Of a stretch of DNA of 64,000 bases, positions 35,957-46,024 are shown one piece after another. The notes under the pieces are model-generated. The model ran no database searches. It was not told where the DNA came from and saw only the letters and a list, made by a program, of their open reading frames with translations. The DNA is from Deltaproteobacteria bacterium (GTDB lineage: Bacteria; Myxococcota; Kuafuiibacteriia; Kuafuiibacteriales; Kuafuiibacteriaceae), in NCBI GenBank assembly GCA_016703535.1, contig JADJBV010000002.1:2526152-2590151 (forward strand), written 5' to 3'. Both the position numbers and the translations under genes were made by a program. Numbering within the stretch: position 1 is the stretch's first letter; the number at the start of each line of letters is the position of its first letter.

Positions 35957-37750
35957 GTGCGTTCGACTCCGACCTGCATCGCCCTCGTGACCCTGTGTGC
36001 GATCAGCACGGCCTCGTTTGCCGCCGCGCCGGGGAAGGCCCTCCTCGAGAAGGCTCAAAAAGAGGACCGGGCCCTCCGGGCCGACGACAAGCGCCTGCGG
36101 CTGAGGCACCACGGCGAAAAGTTGATCGCCGCCTGGGAGGCCGCCGAAAAGGCGTGCAATGGGGCCGATCGGGTCGCCGCCCTCAAGGGCCAAGCGGCCG
36201 CTTGGCGTTTGCTCGCCCACTGGTCGGGCCGCAGCGACGACCTGGCCAAGGCCAACGCCATCGAGGCCAAGCTGGAGGACGGGGACAGCAAAAAGAAGCG
36301 CCCGGTGATCGCTCAGGCCCAGAAGGAAACCAAGAAGGTGGCCACGTCGGAGCGGCCGGCTCAAGCGGGCCCCGTGTGGCTCAGCAAGGTTACGGTCGAA
36401 GCCGGTGAAGACGGCCTCAACCTCCAGCTTTCGGCCAACGGCGAGTTCAGCGGGCAACGAGAGAGCCTCCCCAAAAAGGCCGGCCAGAAGGCCCGGGTCT
36501 ACTTCGACCTTTCGCCGATGATCGCCGCGATGGAGGTCCTCGGGGCGATCAAGGTGGACCACCCGGCCTTGGCCAAAGTGCGGGTCGGGCAGTTCGACGC
36601 CGACACGGTGCGGGTGGTGATCGACTACCGCGGCGACGAAGCGCCGGTGATGCCTTCGCTCGAGGGGCGGACGATCGCCATGGGCCTCGGCGGCTCGGCG
36701 CCCAACCTGGCCAAGGTCGACGGGGCCCCCGAAAACAAGGCCGCGGCCCCGGTGGAGAAGCCGGCCGAGGAGGTCGGGGCCATCGCCACCGCCAGCGCCA
36801 CTCAGGTGCTCGAGGGGATCGTGGCCGAGATGAAAAACGCCTACCCCGAGCTGATGGAGGCCGAGGTGGAGATCGAGTCGGTGGCCGACGCCGCTTTGGA
36901 CACCGCGGGCCTCAAGCGCTCGACCAAAGAGGCCCTCGGGCCTCGGAGCGGCTCGATCCTGCAGATCCGCCGGGTGATGATCGACGCCGGCCACGGCGGC
37001 AAAGATCAAGGTGCGGTGGGGGTGGGGGGTGTCGAGGAGAAGGACGTCAACCTGGCCATCGCCAAAAAACTCGGCGAACAGCTGGAGCGAAAGGGCCTGA
37101 AGGTCAGCTACACCCGCACCACCGACAAGTTCCTTTCACTCCGCGATCGTTCCGTCATCGCCAACAAAAGCGGCGCTGATCTCTTCATCTCGGTCCACGC
37201 CAACGCCCACACCAAGAAGAAGATCCACGGCATCGAGACCTACTACTTGAACGTAACGGGCGATCGTTACGCGTCCCGCTTGGCCCGTCGCGAAAACGCG
37301 CTCGAGGAGGAGGAGGGCGAAAGCCCAGAACCCGGCGTGGGCGCCGCTGAAGACGCGGGGGAGTTGCCCACCGGCTCTTTGGGCCAAGACCTGCGCTTGA
37401 TCTTGGCCGACCTGGCGATGCGTTCGGCGACCTCCGAGTCCCGACGGTTGGCCGGCTTCGTCCAGGGTTCTTTGGTCGGCAACCTGAGGCGGCAACACGA
37501 TGACGTGAAGGATCTCGGCGTCAAACACGCCTTGTTCTACGTCTTGCTCGGCACCCGAATGCCATCGGTGTTGATCGAGACCGGCTTCGTCACCCACGCG
37601 ACTGAAGGCCGCCGTTTGGCCTCCGACAAATACCAGGACGAAGTGGCGCGCTCCATCGCGCAAGGTGTCCTGCGTTTCGTCGAAGAGCGGGAACGCCTCG
37701 CCTCCCGAGACGACGGTGGGATTGGCGTCATCGCCCGCGCCGCACCTTGA
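35957..37750 (+). CDS. amiC: N-acetylmuramoyl-L-alanine amidase (Amidase_3) with an N-terminal AMIN-like domain
   Basis: VMIDAGHGGKDQGAVG, DLFISVHANA, GIETYYLN, PSVLIETGFVTH. The GTG start at 35957 gives a signal peptide. Confidence 0.88.
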   Translation: MRSTPTCIALVTLCAISTASFAAAPGKALLEKAQKEDRALRADDKRLRLRHHGEKLIAAWEAAEKACNGADRVAALKGQAAAWRLLAHWSGRSDDLAKANAIEAKLEDGDSKKKRPVIAQAQKETKKVATSERPAQAGPVWLSKVTVEAGEDGLNLQLSANGEFSGQRESLPKKAGQKARVYFDLSPMIAAMEVLGAIKVDHPALAKVRVGQFDADTVRVVIDYRGDEAPVMPSLEGRTIAMGLGGSAPNLAKVDGAPENKAAAPVEKPAEEVGAIATASATQVLEGIVAEMKNAYPELMEAEVEIESVADAALDTAGLKRSTKEALGPRSGSILQIRRVMIDAGHGGKDQGAVGVGGVEEKDVNLAIAKKLGEQLERKGLKVSYTRTTDKFLSLRDRSVIANKSGADLFISVHANAHTKKKIHGIETYYLNVTGDRYASRLARRENALEEEEGESPEPGVGAAEDAGELPTGSLGQDLRLILADLAMRSATSESRRLAGFVQGSLVGNLRRQHDDVKDLGVKHALFYVLLGTRMPSVLIETGFVTHATEGRRLASDKYQDEVARSIAQGVLRFVEERERLASRDDGGIGVIARAAP

Positions 37751-37755
37751 TGCCC

Positions 37756-38550
37756 TTAGCGGGCCATCAAGCTGGCCAGCGCCTCTCTGACCGCCACGTG
37801 GGTCGCTTCTTTGGCGACTTTGGTCTCCAGATCCGTGAGGTGGCGCGGGCCCCGACCCCGGCTGGTGCCGCTGGCCCGGGCCTGGGCGGCGTGTCGCAGG
37901 TGAGCGTTGGGCAACTCGACCACCAGCACGCTCACCTCACAGCGGATCTCGACGCCCCGATCCCCGGCGATCCGATCGCGCCGCACCCGAACGTTGAGGC
38001 GGTAACCGGGATCTTCGCGCGGGAAGAGGGCCGGCAGGTGGGGCTCGAGTTGGGTCTCGACCAGGTCGCGCAAGCTAGCTTGCAAGGCCTGCGCTTCTTC
38101 GGCGGTTGTCCCTTCGGACAACTCGACCTGGCCGAGCTCCACCGTACGACGTCGTTCGAGTTGCACCGGCGCCGGAGCGCTTGGGACCAGTCGGGCGATG
38201 GCCCGGCTCACCTCGTCTTGCACCACTTCATCCGAGTCTCGAGCGGCCAGGTTCATCAGGGCCGGCCGCCCTCTTTGGGCGCTGCGTTCACCCAAGGCCC
38301 GGGCGGCCATCGCACGAACCAGCGGCGAGTGGTCGTTCAGGGCCTCGATCAGGGCGTCCTCCACGACCCGGTCCGGCCGCTCCGGGGACAACTCGCCCAG
38401 CCGCTTGGCGGCCAGCGCCCGCAGCTTGATCGAAGGATCTTGGGCGATGGCCTCCAACAATCGGGCCCGGATCGGCTCGGATCCCGCCGGGCTCCCGTAG
38501 GCCGACGTGGCGCTGATCACGAAGGCGACCAGGATCCACACCCGCGGCAC
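37756..38550 (-). CDS. Secreted HEAT-repeat protein
   Basis: Signal peptide MPRVWILVAFVISATSAYG; HEAT/PBS-lyase-like DPSIKLRALAAKRLGEL...DHSPLVRAMAARALGE. Confidence 0.7.
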   Translation of the reverse strand: MPRVWILVAFVISATSAYGSPAGSEPIRARLLEAIAQDPSIKLRALAAKRLGELSPERPDRVVEDALIEALNDHSPLVRAMAARALGERSAQRGRPALMNLAARDSDEVVQDEVSRAIARLVPSAPAPVQLERRRTVELGQVELSEGTTAEEAQALQASLRDLVETQLEPHLPALFPREDPGYRLNVRVRRDRIAGDRGVEIRCEVSVLVVELPNAHLRHAAQARASGTSRGRGPRHLTDLETKVAKEATHVAVREALASLMAR

Positions 38551-38719
38551 GGCCGGGATTGTACCGGTTCGTCAGGACTGGGCATAAGCCCCCCGATATT
38601 TCTCCCCTGATCCGATGTGGGTCATTTGCGGTGGGTCAGCGGGATGTCCTCACTTGCCCCCCCTGTCCCAAGGGACAGTGCGGCCAGGCCGTGACGTGGG
38701 TTATGCTCGCGCCCGTTCG

Positions 38720-39421
38720 ATGACCCTCCTGTCTCCAGAGATCGAGTCGGCCCTCAAGGCCCTCGGCATTGCGACCGGCGTGAAGGTGCTGGCGGTCGAT
38801 TGTGCCGCGGCTCACCCGATCCTCGAAGCCCTCGCCGGTGAAACGTCGGTGGTGGCGGCGACGACGGTCGTTGACGCAGTCAAGCAAGCTCGGAGTCTCA
38901 GGCTTGCCGCGGTGGTCTCCAATCCCGAGCTGGCGGCGGCCGTGGTCCGGGGCTTGGCCGCCGAAAACCTGACCATCGGCGTCTTGGCCTTGAGCGCGGC
39001 CGGGGACGGTTCGGCCTCGGCCATCTTGAGGGCCGGCGGCGTCATGGATGTCCTCCCGGATTTGAGCGAAATTGCGGTGGTCGCGCCCCTGCGCCGGGCC
39101 TTGGATTGCAGCGCCCTGTTGGCCCTCGAGTTGGCCCACCGCTGCGAGTCTCGCCGATTGCTCAACCGCGAGTTGGATCTGCTCGGTCAACCTCCCGAGA
39201 GCATGAGCGATGATCTCCTCGGGGTGCAGCCGCCGCCGCTGCCGGTGGGCCCACTTTCGGTCTACAACCTGGACGAGGCCAGCGAGTCCTTCGAGACCGC
39301 TTACATCGAGCGGGTGCAGCAGCTCTGCGCCAGCTCCCGGGAAGCCGCCCTCTACCTCGGCGTCTCTTCAGCGACCTTGTCGCGCCGCACTCGAAGGGAG
39401 TCCGCCCTCGATGATGCATAG
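38720..39421 (+). CDS. Pseudo-receiver domain protein with a C-terminal Fis-type HTH
   Basis: The C-terminus SREAALYLGVSSATLSRRTRR is Fis/NtrC-type HTH. The N-terminus is receiver-like, but I cannot find an acidic pocket or phospho-Asp by eye. Confidence 0.65.
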   Translation: MTLLSPEIESALKALGIATGVKVLAVDCAAAHPILEALAGETSVVAATTVVDAVKQARSLRLAAVVSNPELAAAVVRGLAAENLTIGVLALSAAGDGSASAILRAGGVMDVLPDLSEIAVVAPLRRALDCSALLALELAHRCESRRLLNRELDLLGQPPESMSDDLLGVQPPPLPVGPLSVYNLDEASESFETAYIERVQQLCASSREAALYLGVSSATLSRRTRRESALDDA

Positions 39422-40088
39422 GTCGGCGCAGCGCAAGCTGCGGGTGGTGGTGGTCGATCGTTCGGGGCTGGCGGGTGAGCTGGAGGTTCAGGCCCGCGAA
39501 AACAGCTGGACCGTCGAGGTGATCGCCTGCGCTTCGGTGCTCGAGGTGATCGGTGAAAGTGGACCGGGACACGTCGACGGCGTGGTGGCCAGCGTGGCCG
39601 CCGCCGGCCCCTTTTTGGCGGATCTCCTGCGTTGGACCGACACCTCCCCTCAGCGCATCCCGGTGTTGTTGGTCGGCACCGGTCGGCCCGAAGACGAAAG
39701 TGGCCGGCGGTTGATCTTGGGCCGTGAGCACATCCGCTGGCGAGGCCCGAACCCCGAGCCCACCCACTTGGCCGAGTGGCTCCTGATGGCCTTGGAGGTC
39801 CAAGCGGCCCGGGGTTATCGGGCCGAACACGACGGTTTGGCCCAGGCGCTGCGCGAAGCGCGCATGCAGCTCTTCCACGGCTTCATCACCCAATACGTCC
39901 CTTCGGAAGGACCGCCCTGTGGTCCACCCCTGCCGACCTGCATCGAGGAGATCCAGCCGCTCCGGGACGCTCGTGCCCAGTTCGAGCGCTCCCATATCCA
40001 AGCGGCGGTGAGGGAGTGCGGCAGCCTCAAGGACGCGTCGTTGGCCTTGGGGATCTCGTACACCAGCCTTTGGCGTCGGCTGCGCTGA
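39411..40088 (+). CDS. Second pseudo-receiver / Fis-type HTH protein
   Basis: KLRVVVVDRS..., C-terminus RSHIQAAVRECGSLKDASLALGISYTSLWRRLR. The start overlaps the previous gene by 11 nt. Confidence 0.7.
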   Translation: MMHRSAQRKLRVVVVDRSGLAGELEVQARENSWTVEVIACASVLEVIGESGPGHVDGVVASVAAAGPFLADLLRWTDTSPQRIPVLLVGTGRPEDESGRRLILGREHIRWRGPNPEPTHLAEWLLMALEVQAARGYRAEHDGLAQALREARMQLFHGFITQYVPSEGPPCGPPLPTCIEEIQPLRDARAQFERSHIQAAVRECGSLKDASLALGISYTSLWRRLR

Positions 40089-40098
40089 GCCTCGCGCT

Positions 40099-40671
40099 TC
40101 AGGCCTCGGGCGCGCGACCCACCAGGTGCATCGGGTTGATGCCCAAGGTGGCCAAGGCGCTGTCCCAACGTTGTTCGAAGGGCGTGTCGAACACCACCGA
40201 CTCCGCGAGATCAACGGGGATCCAGGCGCCCTGCTTGATCTCTTGATCGAGCTGACCGGCGCCCCACCCCGAATACCCGAGCACCAGCTGATGGCGGCGG
40301 CCGTGGTGGGCCCGGGCCAGGAGCCGCAACATCTCCCGGGAGGCCGAAACCCGCAGGTGATCCGTCACGTCGATGGCGCCGTCGGCGGGCAAAGGGCTGA
40401 TCGTGGGATCAAAGACGATCCACCCGGTGTGGGGGGCGACGGGGCCCCCTACCAGGACCGGGACCTCGGGGGGCGCCCGATTCGGATCCGTCATGCCGAG
40501 GTCTTCGACCACCCCTTTGAAGCTCAGGCGAGCCGGGCGGTTGACCACAAAACCCAGCGAACCTTCGGCGCGGTGGTCGATCAGCAACACCACCGTCCGC
40601 TTGAAGTTCGGATCCAATAGCGTCGGCGACGCGACCAAAAAGCCCGGCGCCAACTCAGAGGCCATACCCAA
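40099..40671 (-). CDS. algH: YqgE/AlgH family protein (UPF0301)
   Basis: GFLVASPTLLDPNFKRTVVLLIDHRAEGSLGFVVNRP is the family signature. Confidence 0.88.
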   Translation of the reverse strand: MGMASELAPGFLVASPTLLDPNFKRTVVLLIDHRAEGSLGFVVNRPARLSFKGVVEDLGMTDPNRAPPEVPVLVGGPVAPHTGWIVFDPTISPLPADGAIDVTDHLRVSASREMLRLLARAHHGRRHQLVLGYSGWGAGQLDQEIKQGAWIPVDLAESVVFDTPFEQRWDSALATLGINPMHLVGRAPEA

Positions 40672-40772
40672 AGAGTGGCACTAAGGGCGGCCCAGCGTCG
40701 AGCCCCTCCGGGCGGCTTCCGGACTGTCCGATTGCAGGGCTTCCTGCAGGCCACTATGCTCGTGCGCCGACG

Positions 40773-42281
40773 ATGGATAACTGGGACGTCACGACCAACC
40801 CCGATGGGGCGACCGGTGATCTCCCTTCGGTCCCTTCGTCGCCGAGCATCACCGTCCTGGCCGGCGAGGCCCAGAGGAGTTACCGGATCAGCGATCGGGC
40901 CCGGGTCGGGCGGGCTCAAGACGCCGAAGTTCGGCTCTCCAGCGACGAGGTCTCGCGCCACCACCTGTTGATCGAACGAAAAGGCCAACAGTTTTTGGTG
41001 GTCGATCTCAACAGCAAAAACGGGAGCCGCCTCAACGGGCACCTGCTGCTGCCTGGCGCTCCCCAACCCTTGAACTATGGAGATCGGCTCACCTTGGGGC
41101 GCAGCGTCTTGTTGTTGTTTACGCCCCACGACGACGTCGAAGAGCAGCTGATGATGGCCCAACGGCTGGAGTCCTTGGGGCGCTTGGCCGGCGGCGTGGC
41201 CCATGACTTCAACAACTTGCTCGGGACGGTGATCACCAACCTAAGTTACCTGCGTCGCCTCCAGCCCGAGACGCGCCTGGATCACCCGGACGTACGCACC
41301 ACCATCGACGACTCTCACGCCGCCCTGCGGCGGGCCAGCGAACTCACCCGACAGCTCCTGGGCTTCGCACGCCAGAGCCGCGAACACGATCGGCCGGTCA
41401 ATTTTTCGGAGTTGGTGGGTGAAGTGGTGCGCATGCTTCGTCGCACCATCGATCCGGCGGTGAGCATCACCGAGGAGATCGATCCCAAGATCGTGGTGAT
41501 CGCCGACTCCAACCAGCTGCAGCAGGTGTTGATGAACCTGGTGCTGAACGCGGCCGACGCCCTCCAGGGTGGTGGCCAGATCCAGATCCGCCTCAAGGAG
41601 GTGTTGGGCGGTGGGTTGGTCAGCTCCCAACGGCCGCATGCGCTGCTGGAGGTCGAGGACAACGGCCACGGGATGGACGAGCTCACTCGGGCCCGGGCCT
41701 TCGAGCCCTTCTTCACCACCAAGGAGGTCGGTCGGGGCACCGGCCTTGGCCTGTCTTTGGTTTATGGGGTGGCCAAAAGTTATGGCGGTGAGGCCCAGAT
41801 CGAGAGCGAAACCGGTCGCGGCACCAAGGTGCGCTTTTTGTTGCCGGTCGCCTCGGCGCCGGAGTTTCCGACGCCGGTTTCGGGCTCCCGTTCCTTGGCC
41901 GACTCGCCCACCGGCCTGGTGCTCCTGATCGACGACGAGGATCTCTTTCGGGCCAGCACCACCCGGATGTTGCGGCACCTGGGGTTTCAGGTAGCGCCCA
42001 CCCGCTCGGGGCGCGAGGCCCTGGAGTTGGTCCGGTCCCACCCCGGGGTCTACCGAGTGGTGATGTTGGACCTGGTGATGCCCGACCTCACCGGCGAGGC
42101 GACCTTCGAGGCCCTGCGCCGCTTGGAGCCCGACGTCCAGGTCATCGTCATCTCCGGCCAACACGACGGGGCGCGGGTGGAAGCCCTCCTGGCCGCGGGG
42201 GCCCGAGCCTTTGTCCCAAAGCCGTTCGATCTGGAGACGCTCCGAAAGGAGCTGAGGGAAGCAGTAGAAGCCTCAAGCTGA
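40773..42281 (+). CDS. Soluble hybrid sensor: FHA domain - histidine kinase (HisKA/HATPase) - receiver
   Basis: FHA (VGRAQDAEVRLSSDEVSRHHLLI...VVDLNSKNGSRLNG), H-box GGVAHDFNNLL, N/G boxes, C-terminal receiver (LLIDDED...VMLDLVMPDLTG). Confidence 0.88.
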   Translation: MDNWDVTTNPDGATGDLPSVPSSPSITVLAGEAQRSYRISDRARVGRAQDAEVRLSSDEVSRHHLLIERKGQQFLVVDLNSKNGSRLNGHLLLPGAPQPLNYGDRLTLGRSVLLLFTPHDDVEEQLMMAQRLESLGRLAGGVAHDFNNLLGTVITNLSYLRRLQPETRLDHPDVRTTIDDSHAALRRASELTRQLLGFARQSREHDRPVNFSELVGEVVRMLRRTIDPAVSITEEIDPKIVVIADSNQLQQVLMNLVLNAADALQGGGQIQIRLKEVLGGGLVSSQRPHALLEVEDNGHGMDELTRARAFEPFFTTKEVGRGTGLGLSLVYGVAKSYGGEAQIESETGRGTKVRFLLPVASAPEFPTPVSGSRSLADSPTGLVLLIDDEDLFRASTTRMLRHLGFQVAPTRSGREALELVRSHPGVYRVVMLDLVMPDLTGEATFEALRRLEPDVQVIVISGQHDGARVEALLAAGARAFVPKPFDLETLRKELREAVEASS

Positions 42282-42350
42282 GGGGTTCCGGGCCGACTCC
42301 ATTGATCGAGAGTCGTAGTCTTGGCTTCCGACGAAGAACATCCGGCCGAG

Positions 42351-43391
42351 ATGGCCACGGTCCTGGACGGGCCCGAGATCGACGACCGCACCGTGTTGGT
42401 GGTCGATGACGACGCGGTAACTCGGGCCCGGCTGGCCCACCTCCTGCGCTCCAATGGCTTTTTGGTGGTCACCGCCGAGTCGGGTGAAGAGGCCCTGGTC
42501 CTCTTCGAGCGGCTCCACTTTCCTTTGGTGATCACCGACTGGTCCATGCCCGGCATCAGCGGCCCCGAGTTGTGCGCCTTGTTGCGCGCGGTCCCTTCTC
42601 CTCTCTACACCTACATCCTCCTCCTCACCGCCCGCACCGACAAAGACGCGGCGGCCTTGGGGCTCGAGTCGGGTGCCGACGACTTCGCGACCAAACCCTT
42701 CGACTCCCGGGAGCTCTTGGCGCGCCTGCGGGTCGGTCAACGCCTCAACTCGATGCAGCGTCGGATGGTCGAGACTGAAAAACGTCTGCGAGAGATGGCC
42801 GAACGTGACGGCTTGACCGGCGTGCTGAACCGCCGAGCCCTCGATGGTCGCGTGCAAGCCGCCTACTCCTACTTCCTCCGGGGAGGGCCGCCGCTGTCGT
42901 TGGCGATCTTGGACATCGACCACTTCAAGTCGATCAACGATCAGTACGGCCATCAGGCCGGCGACAAGGTGTTGCGTGAAGTGGCCCTGCGCATCGAGCA
43001 GAACCTGCGAGCCTACGACACCGTCGGGCGATACGGCGGCGAAGAGTTCCTCTTGGTCTACCCCGATACCCCGATGGATCGGGGTCGGGCCGCCGCCGAG
43101 CGCATCCGCTCGATCATCACCGCGACGTCGATCCCCGCCGGCGACTCCCAGCTGAAGGTGACGGTCAGCATCGGGGTTGTGACCCTCCAGCCCACGTACC
43201 GGGGCCCCTTGAGTCAGGCGATCGAGACCGCCGACGAGGCGCTCTACATCGCCAAGAAGTTGGGACGTGATCGGGTGGTCGCCAGCATCTTGCCCACCAC
43301 CGAGCGGGTCGACACCGGATCGATCACCACCGAACTCCCCACCGAGATGATGAAGCCGGGCGCCGTCGTGCCGCTCACCATTCGGGAGTGA
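42351..43391 (+). CDS. Response regulator - diguanylate cyclase (REC-GGDEF)
   Basis: VLVVDDDAVTR...ITDWSMPGISG receiver. GGDEF domain with RYGGEEFLLV and an RxxD-like I-site region. Confidence 0.88.
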   Translation: MATVLDGPEIDDRTVLVVDDDAVTRARLAHLLRSNGFLVVTAESGEEALVLFERLHFPLVITDWSMPGISGPELCALLRAVPSPLYTYILLLTARTDKDAAALGLESGADDFATKPFDSRELLARLRVGQRLNSMQRRMVETEKRLREMAERDGLTGVLNRRALDGRVQAAYSYFLRGGPPLSLAILDIDHFKSINDQYGHQAGDKVLREVALRIEQNLRAYDTVGRYGGEEFLLVYPDTPMDRGRAAAERIRSIITATSIPAGDSQLKVTVSIGVVTLQPTYRGPLSQAIETADEALYIAKKLGRDRVVASILPTTERVDTGSITTELPTEMMKPGAVVPLTIRE

Positions 43392-44649
43392 GCCGAACCA
43401 CCAGCGCGTCCGTTAAACGAGCCGCCACTTTGGCGCTGGGCGTCAGCGGGTGGGCCAACACGGCCTGATACAGATCTCTGCGTCGGTGGCTCAACGCCGC
43501 CTGCACCGCCAACTCTTCATAGGCCTTCACGTGTTGGATCAGCCCGCGGATCACCGGCTCCAAGGGGCGTTGGGGGAGAGGTGTTGCGCCTTGGGCGTCG
43601 ATCCGACAGGGCACCTCGATCGAACAACCTTCGGGCAACTCAGGGACGATGCCCCGGTTGGCGACGTTGACCACCTGTTTTTCGCCGGTGTTGTGGTGGA
43701 TGCCGGTGATCAACTCGACGGCCGCCCGGGAGTAGAAGGCGCCCCCGCGCTTTTTCAGGGCTTCGGGCCGCTCCGACCTGCGGAGGTCGCCGTAGTAGGC
43801 CAACAGTTCGGCCTCCACCGCCATCACCTCCTCAGCGCGCAACTTGGGCTTCTGTTGTTGTTCGGCGATGGTGTCGGGCGCCAAGTAGAAGTAGCGCAGG
43901 TAGTCGGAGGGGATCATCCCGAGTTCGGTCAGCAGCTCCGGCGGGAAGTCGAGATCCGGCAAGTTGGCGGGCCGCTTGCCGCTGGCCAAGGCGCCGGCCA
44001 ACTCCTCGAGTAAACGGGGCAGCTGTTCTTGGCCCCGCACTTTGACTCCGCGGATGAAGGACAGGTGGTTGAGCCCCACCGAGTCGAGCTCGACCTCCTC
44101 GGACGCTACGCCCAGGTGGGCCGCCAGCTCTTCTCGCTGGGAGATGGGGATGTTGCAAAGGCCGATGGTCGGGACTCGCCCGTGTCGCAGCAGCGCCTCG
44201 GTGACGATCGAGACCGGGTTGGTGAAGTCCACCAAGGTGGCGCCCGGGGCGTAACGTTCGATGTCGGCGGCGATCTGTAGCAACACCGGGATGGTCCGCA
44301 GCGCCTTGGCCAGGCCGCCGATCCCGGTGGTCTCTTGGCCGATGACCCCGTGCGTTCGGCCGAGGCGTTCGTCCTCCAAGCGAGCCAGCTGGCCGCCCAC
44401 CCGGATCTGAACCAAAACGAAGTGGGCCCCGCCGATCGCGGTCTTCCGTTCCAGGTGGCGGGTGATCGACAGCTTTTTGCCTTGGGCTGCGACCATCCGC
44501 TCGAGGAAATCGCCGACGATCTCGAGGCGCGCCGGGTCGAGATCGTGCAGCGCTACCTCCAGCAGGCCCAAGCCCAGGGCAGCCTCGGCCAGGCCGTGGA
44601 TCAGCTCCGGTGAGTAGGTCGAGCCTCCCCCGATCACCGCGATCTTCAT
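43375..44649 (-). CDS. Glycoside hydrolase family 4 enzyme (6-phospho-glucosidase-like, NAD/Mn-dependent)
   Basis: [18 protein letters not shown]-terminus and overall GH4 layout ([15 protein letters not shown]). The 3' end overlaps the convergent GGDEF gene by 17 nt. Confidence 0.85.
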   Translation of the reverse strand: MKIAVIGGGSTYSPELIHGLAEAALGLGLLEVALHDLDPARLEIVGDFLERMVAAQGKKLSITRHLERKTAIGGAHFVLVQIRVGGQLARLEDERLGRTHGVIGQETTGIGGLAKALRTIPVLLQIAADIERYAPGATLVDFTNPVSIVTEALLRHGRVPTIGLCNIPISQREELAAHLGVASEEVELDSVGLNHLSFIRGVKVRGQEQLPRLLEELAGALASGKRPANLPDLDFPPELLTELGMIPSDYLRYFYLAPDTIAEQQQKPKLRAEEVMAVEAELLAYYGDLRRSERPEALKKRGGAFYSRAAVELITGIHHNTGEKQVVNVANRGIVPELPEGCSIEVPCRIDAQGATPLPQRPLEPVIRGLIQHVKAYEELAVQAALSHRRRDLYQAVLAHPLTPSAKVAARLTDALVVRLTPEW

Positions 44650-44692
44650 GGGCCGCCTTTACCACGGGCGGAGGGCTCGCTACACCGGCCGG

Positions 44693-46024
44693 GTGACCAC
44701 GCTGCCGCCGGGCCCACTGCCGACGCCACGGGTGATCGGTTTTGCGGCGGCGGCCTTCGCCCAGAGTGTCTTGCCTTTGGTGGTCTCGGCCTTCGTCCTC
44801 TACTACTACAGCCCCCCGCCGGAGGAGGGGCTGATCCTCCTGAGCCCGGCGATCATCGGCACCATCCGGATGTTGCTCGGCGTGCTCAACGCCGCGGTGG
44901 AGCCGGCGGTGGGGCATTGGAGTGATCGGACCCGCACCCGCTTCGGGCGACGACGGCCCTTTATGGTGTTGGGCCTGCCTCTTTTGCTCCTCGGCTTCGG
45001 CGCGGTGTGGTTCCCAGAGCGTGGGTTGCCCGTGGACGCCCTCGCTACTCAGCTCCACTTGGCCTTGTCGCTGGGACTCTTTTTTGGGGCCTATACTCTG
45101 GTCTTTGCGCCCTACAACGCGATGTTGCCCGAGTTGACCCCCGACGACGGCCAACGCCTGCGGGTCTCGTTGTGGATGTCGCTCTTCGAGGTGTTGGCCC
45201 AGATCTTTGGTTCGGTGGTGGCGGCCTTGTTGATCGGCGTCGGCGCGGTCCGTTTGGGCCTGATCTCCTTGGACAACGGTTATCAACTGCTCGCCTTGGT
45301 CTGCATCGTGATCTCGGTGTTGGCGGTCGTCACCGCGCTCTTTTCCTTCAAGGAGTCACCGCCAAATCAAACGGAGCAGGCTCCTGGTTTTTGGCGCTCC
45401 GCCAAGACCGCCCTGGCCAACCTCGGCTTTCGTCGCTACGGCGCTGCGGTCTTCGCCTTTCGCTTGGCCTCGGCCTCGGCGGTCATCGCCATCCCGTTTT
45501 TGGGGACCCAACTGATGGGGCTCGACGAGGCCCAAGCGCCGCTCCTCTTGGCGGTGATCATCGTGGTGGCGGTCTTGGGATTCCCGTTGGTGCAGCGCCT
45601 GGCGGGTCTACGGGGCCGGGCCAAGGTCTTTCGTTACGGCGGGTATGGCTTTTTGATCGTCTTGCCGCTGATGGGGGCCATCGGTTTGGTGCCGGGATTG
45701 CCGCCTTTGGCCCACGGGGTGTTGTTGTTCGTGGGGGCGGGCTTTTCGGTGGCCACCTTGTTGGTCCTGCCTCGCACTTTGTTGGCGGACATCATCGACG
45801 GCGACGCGGCCGCCACCGGCCAACGGAAGGAGGCCCTCTACACCGGCATGTCAGGGGTGGTCGAAAAGTTGGGCGAGGCCGGGGCAAGCGGTTTGGTGGG
45901 TTTTTTGTTCGGCGTTTTTGGCAACGATCGGGCCTCACCCTTGGGGCTCCGTTTGGTCGGCGTGGCGGCGGCGGTGGTGTTGGCGATGGGCCTGTGGGCC
46001 TTTCGGAGGCACCACGATCGATGA
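44693..46024 (+). CDS. MFS transporter, glycoside-pentoside-hexuronide (GPH/MelB-like) family
   Basis: GHWSDRTRTRFGRRRPFMVLG signature and about 12 hydrophobic segments. The start is ambiguous (ATG at 44648 or GTG at 44693). Confidence 0.8.
   Translation: MTTLPPGPLPTPRVIGFAAAAFAQSVLPLVVSAFVLYYYSPPPEEGLILLSPAIIGTIRMLLGVLNAAVEPAVGHWSDRTRTRFGRRRPFMVLGLPLLLLGFGAVWFPERGLPVDALATQLHLALSLGLFFGAYTLVFAPYNAMLPELTPDDGQRLRVSLWMSLFEVLAQIFGSVVAALLIGVGAVRLGLISLDNGYQLLALVCIVISVLAVVTALFSFKESPPNQTEQAPGFWRSAKTALANLGFRRYGAAVFAFRLASASAVIAIPFLGTQLMGLDEAQAPLLLAVIIVVAVLGFPLVQRLAGLRGRAKVFRYGGYGFLIVLPLMGAIGLVPGLPPLAHGVLLFVGAGFSVATLLVLPRTLLADIIDGDAAATGQRKEALYTGMSGVVEKLGEAGASGLVGFLFGVFGNDRASPLGLRLVGVAAAVVLAMGLWAFRRHHDR

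Noticed and set aside
40676-40695. TGGCAC at 40677, considered as a sigma54 -24 element upstream of the FHA-kinase gene.
   Set aside because: The required TTGC(A/T) at -12 (5 nt downstream) is absent; the sequence there is GCGGC.
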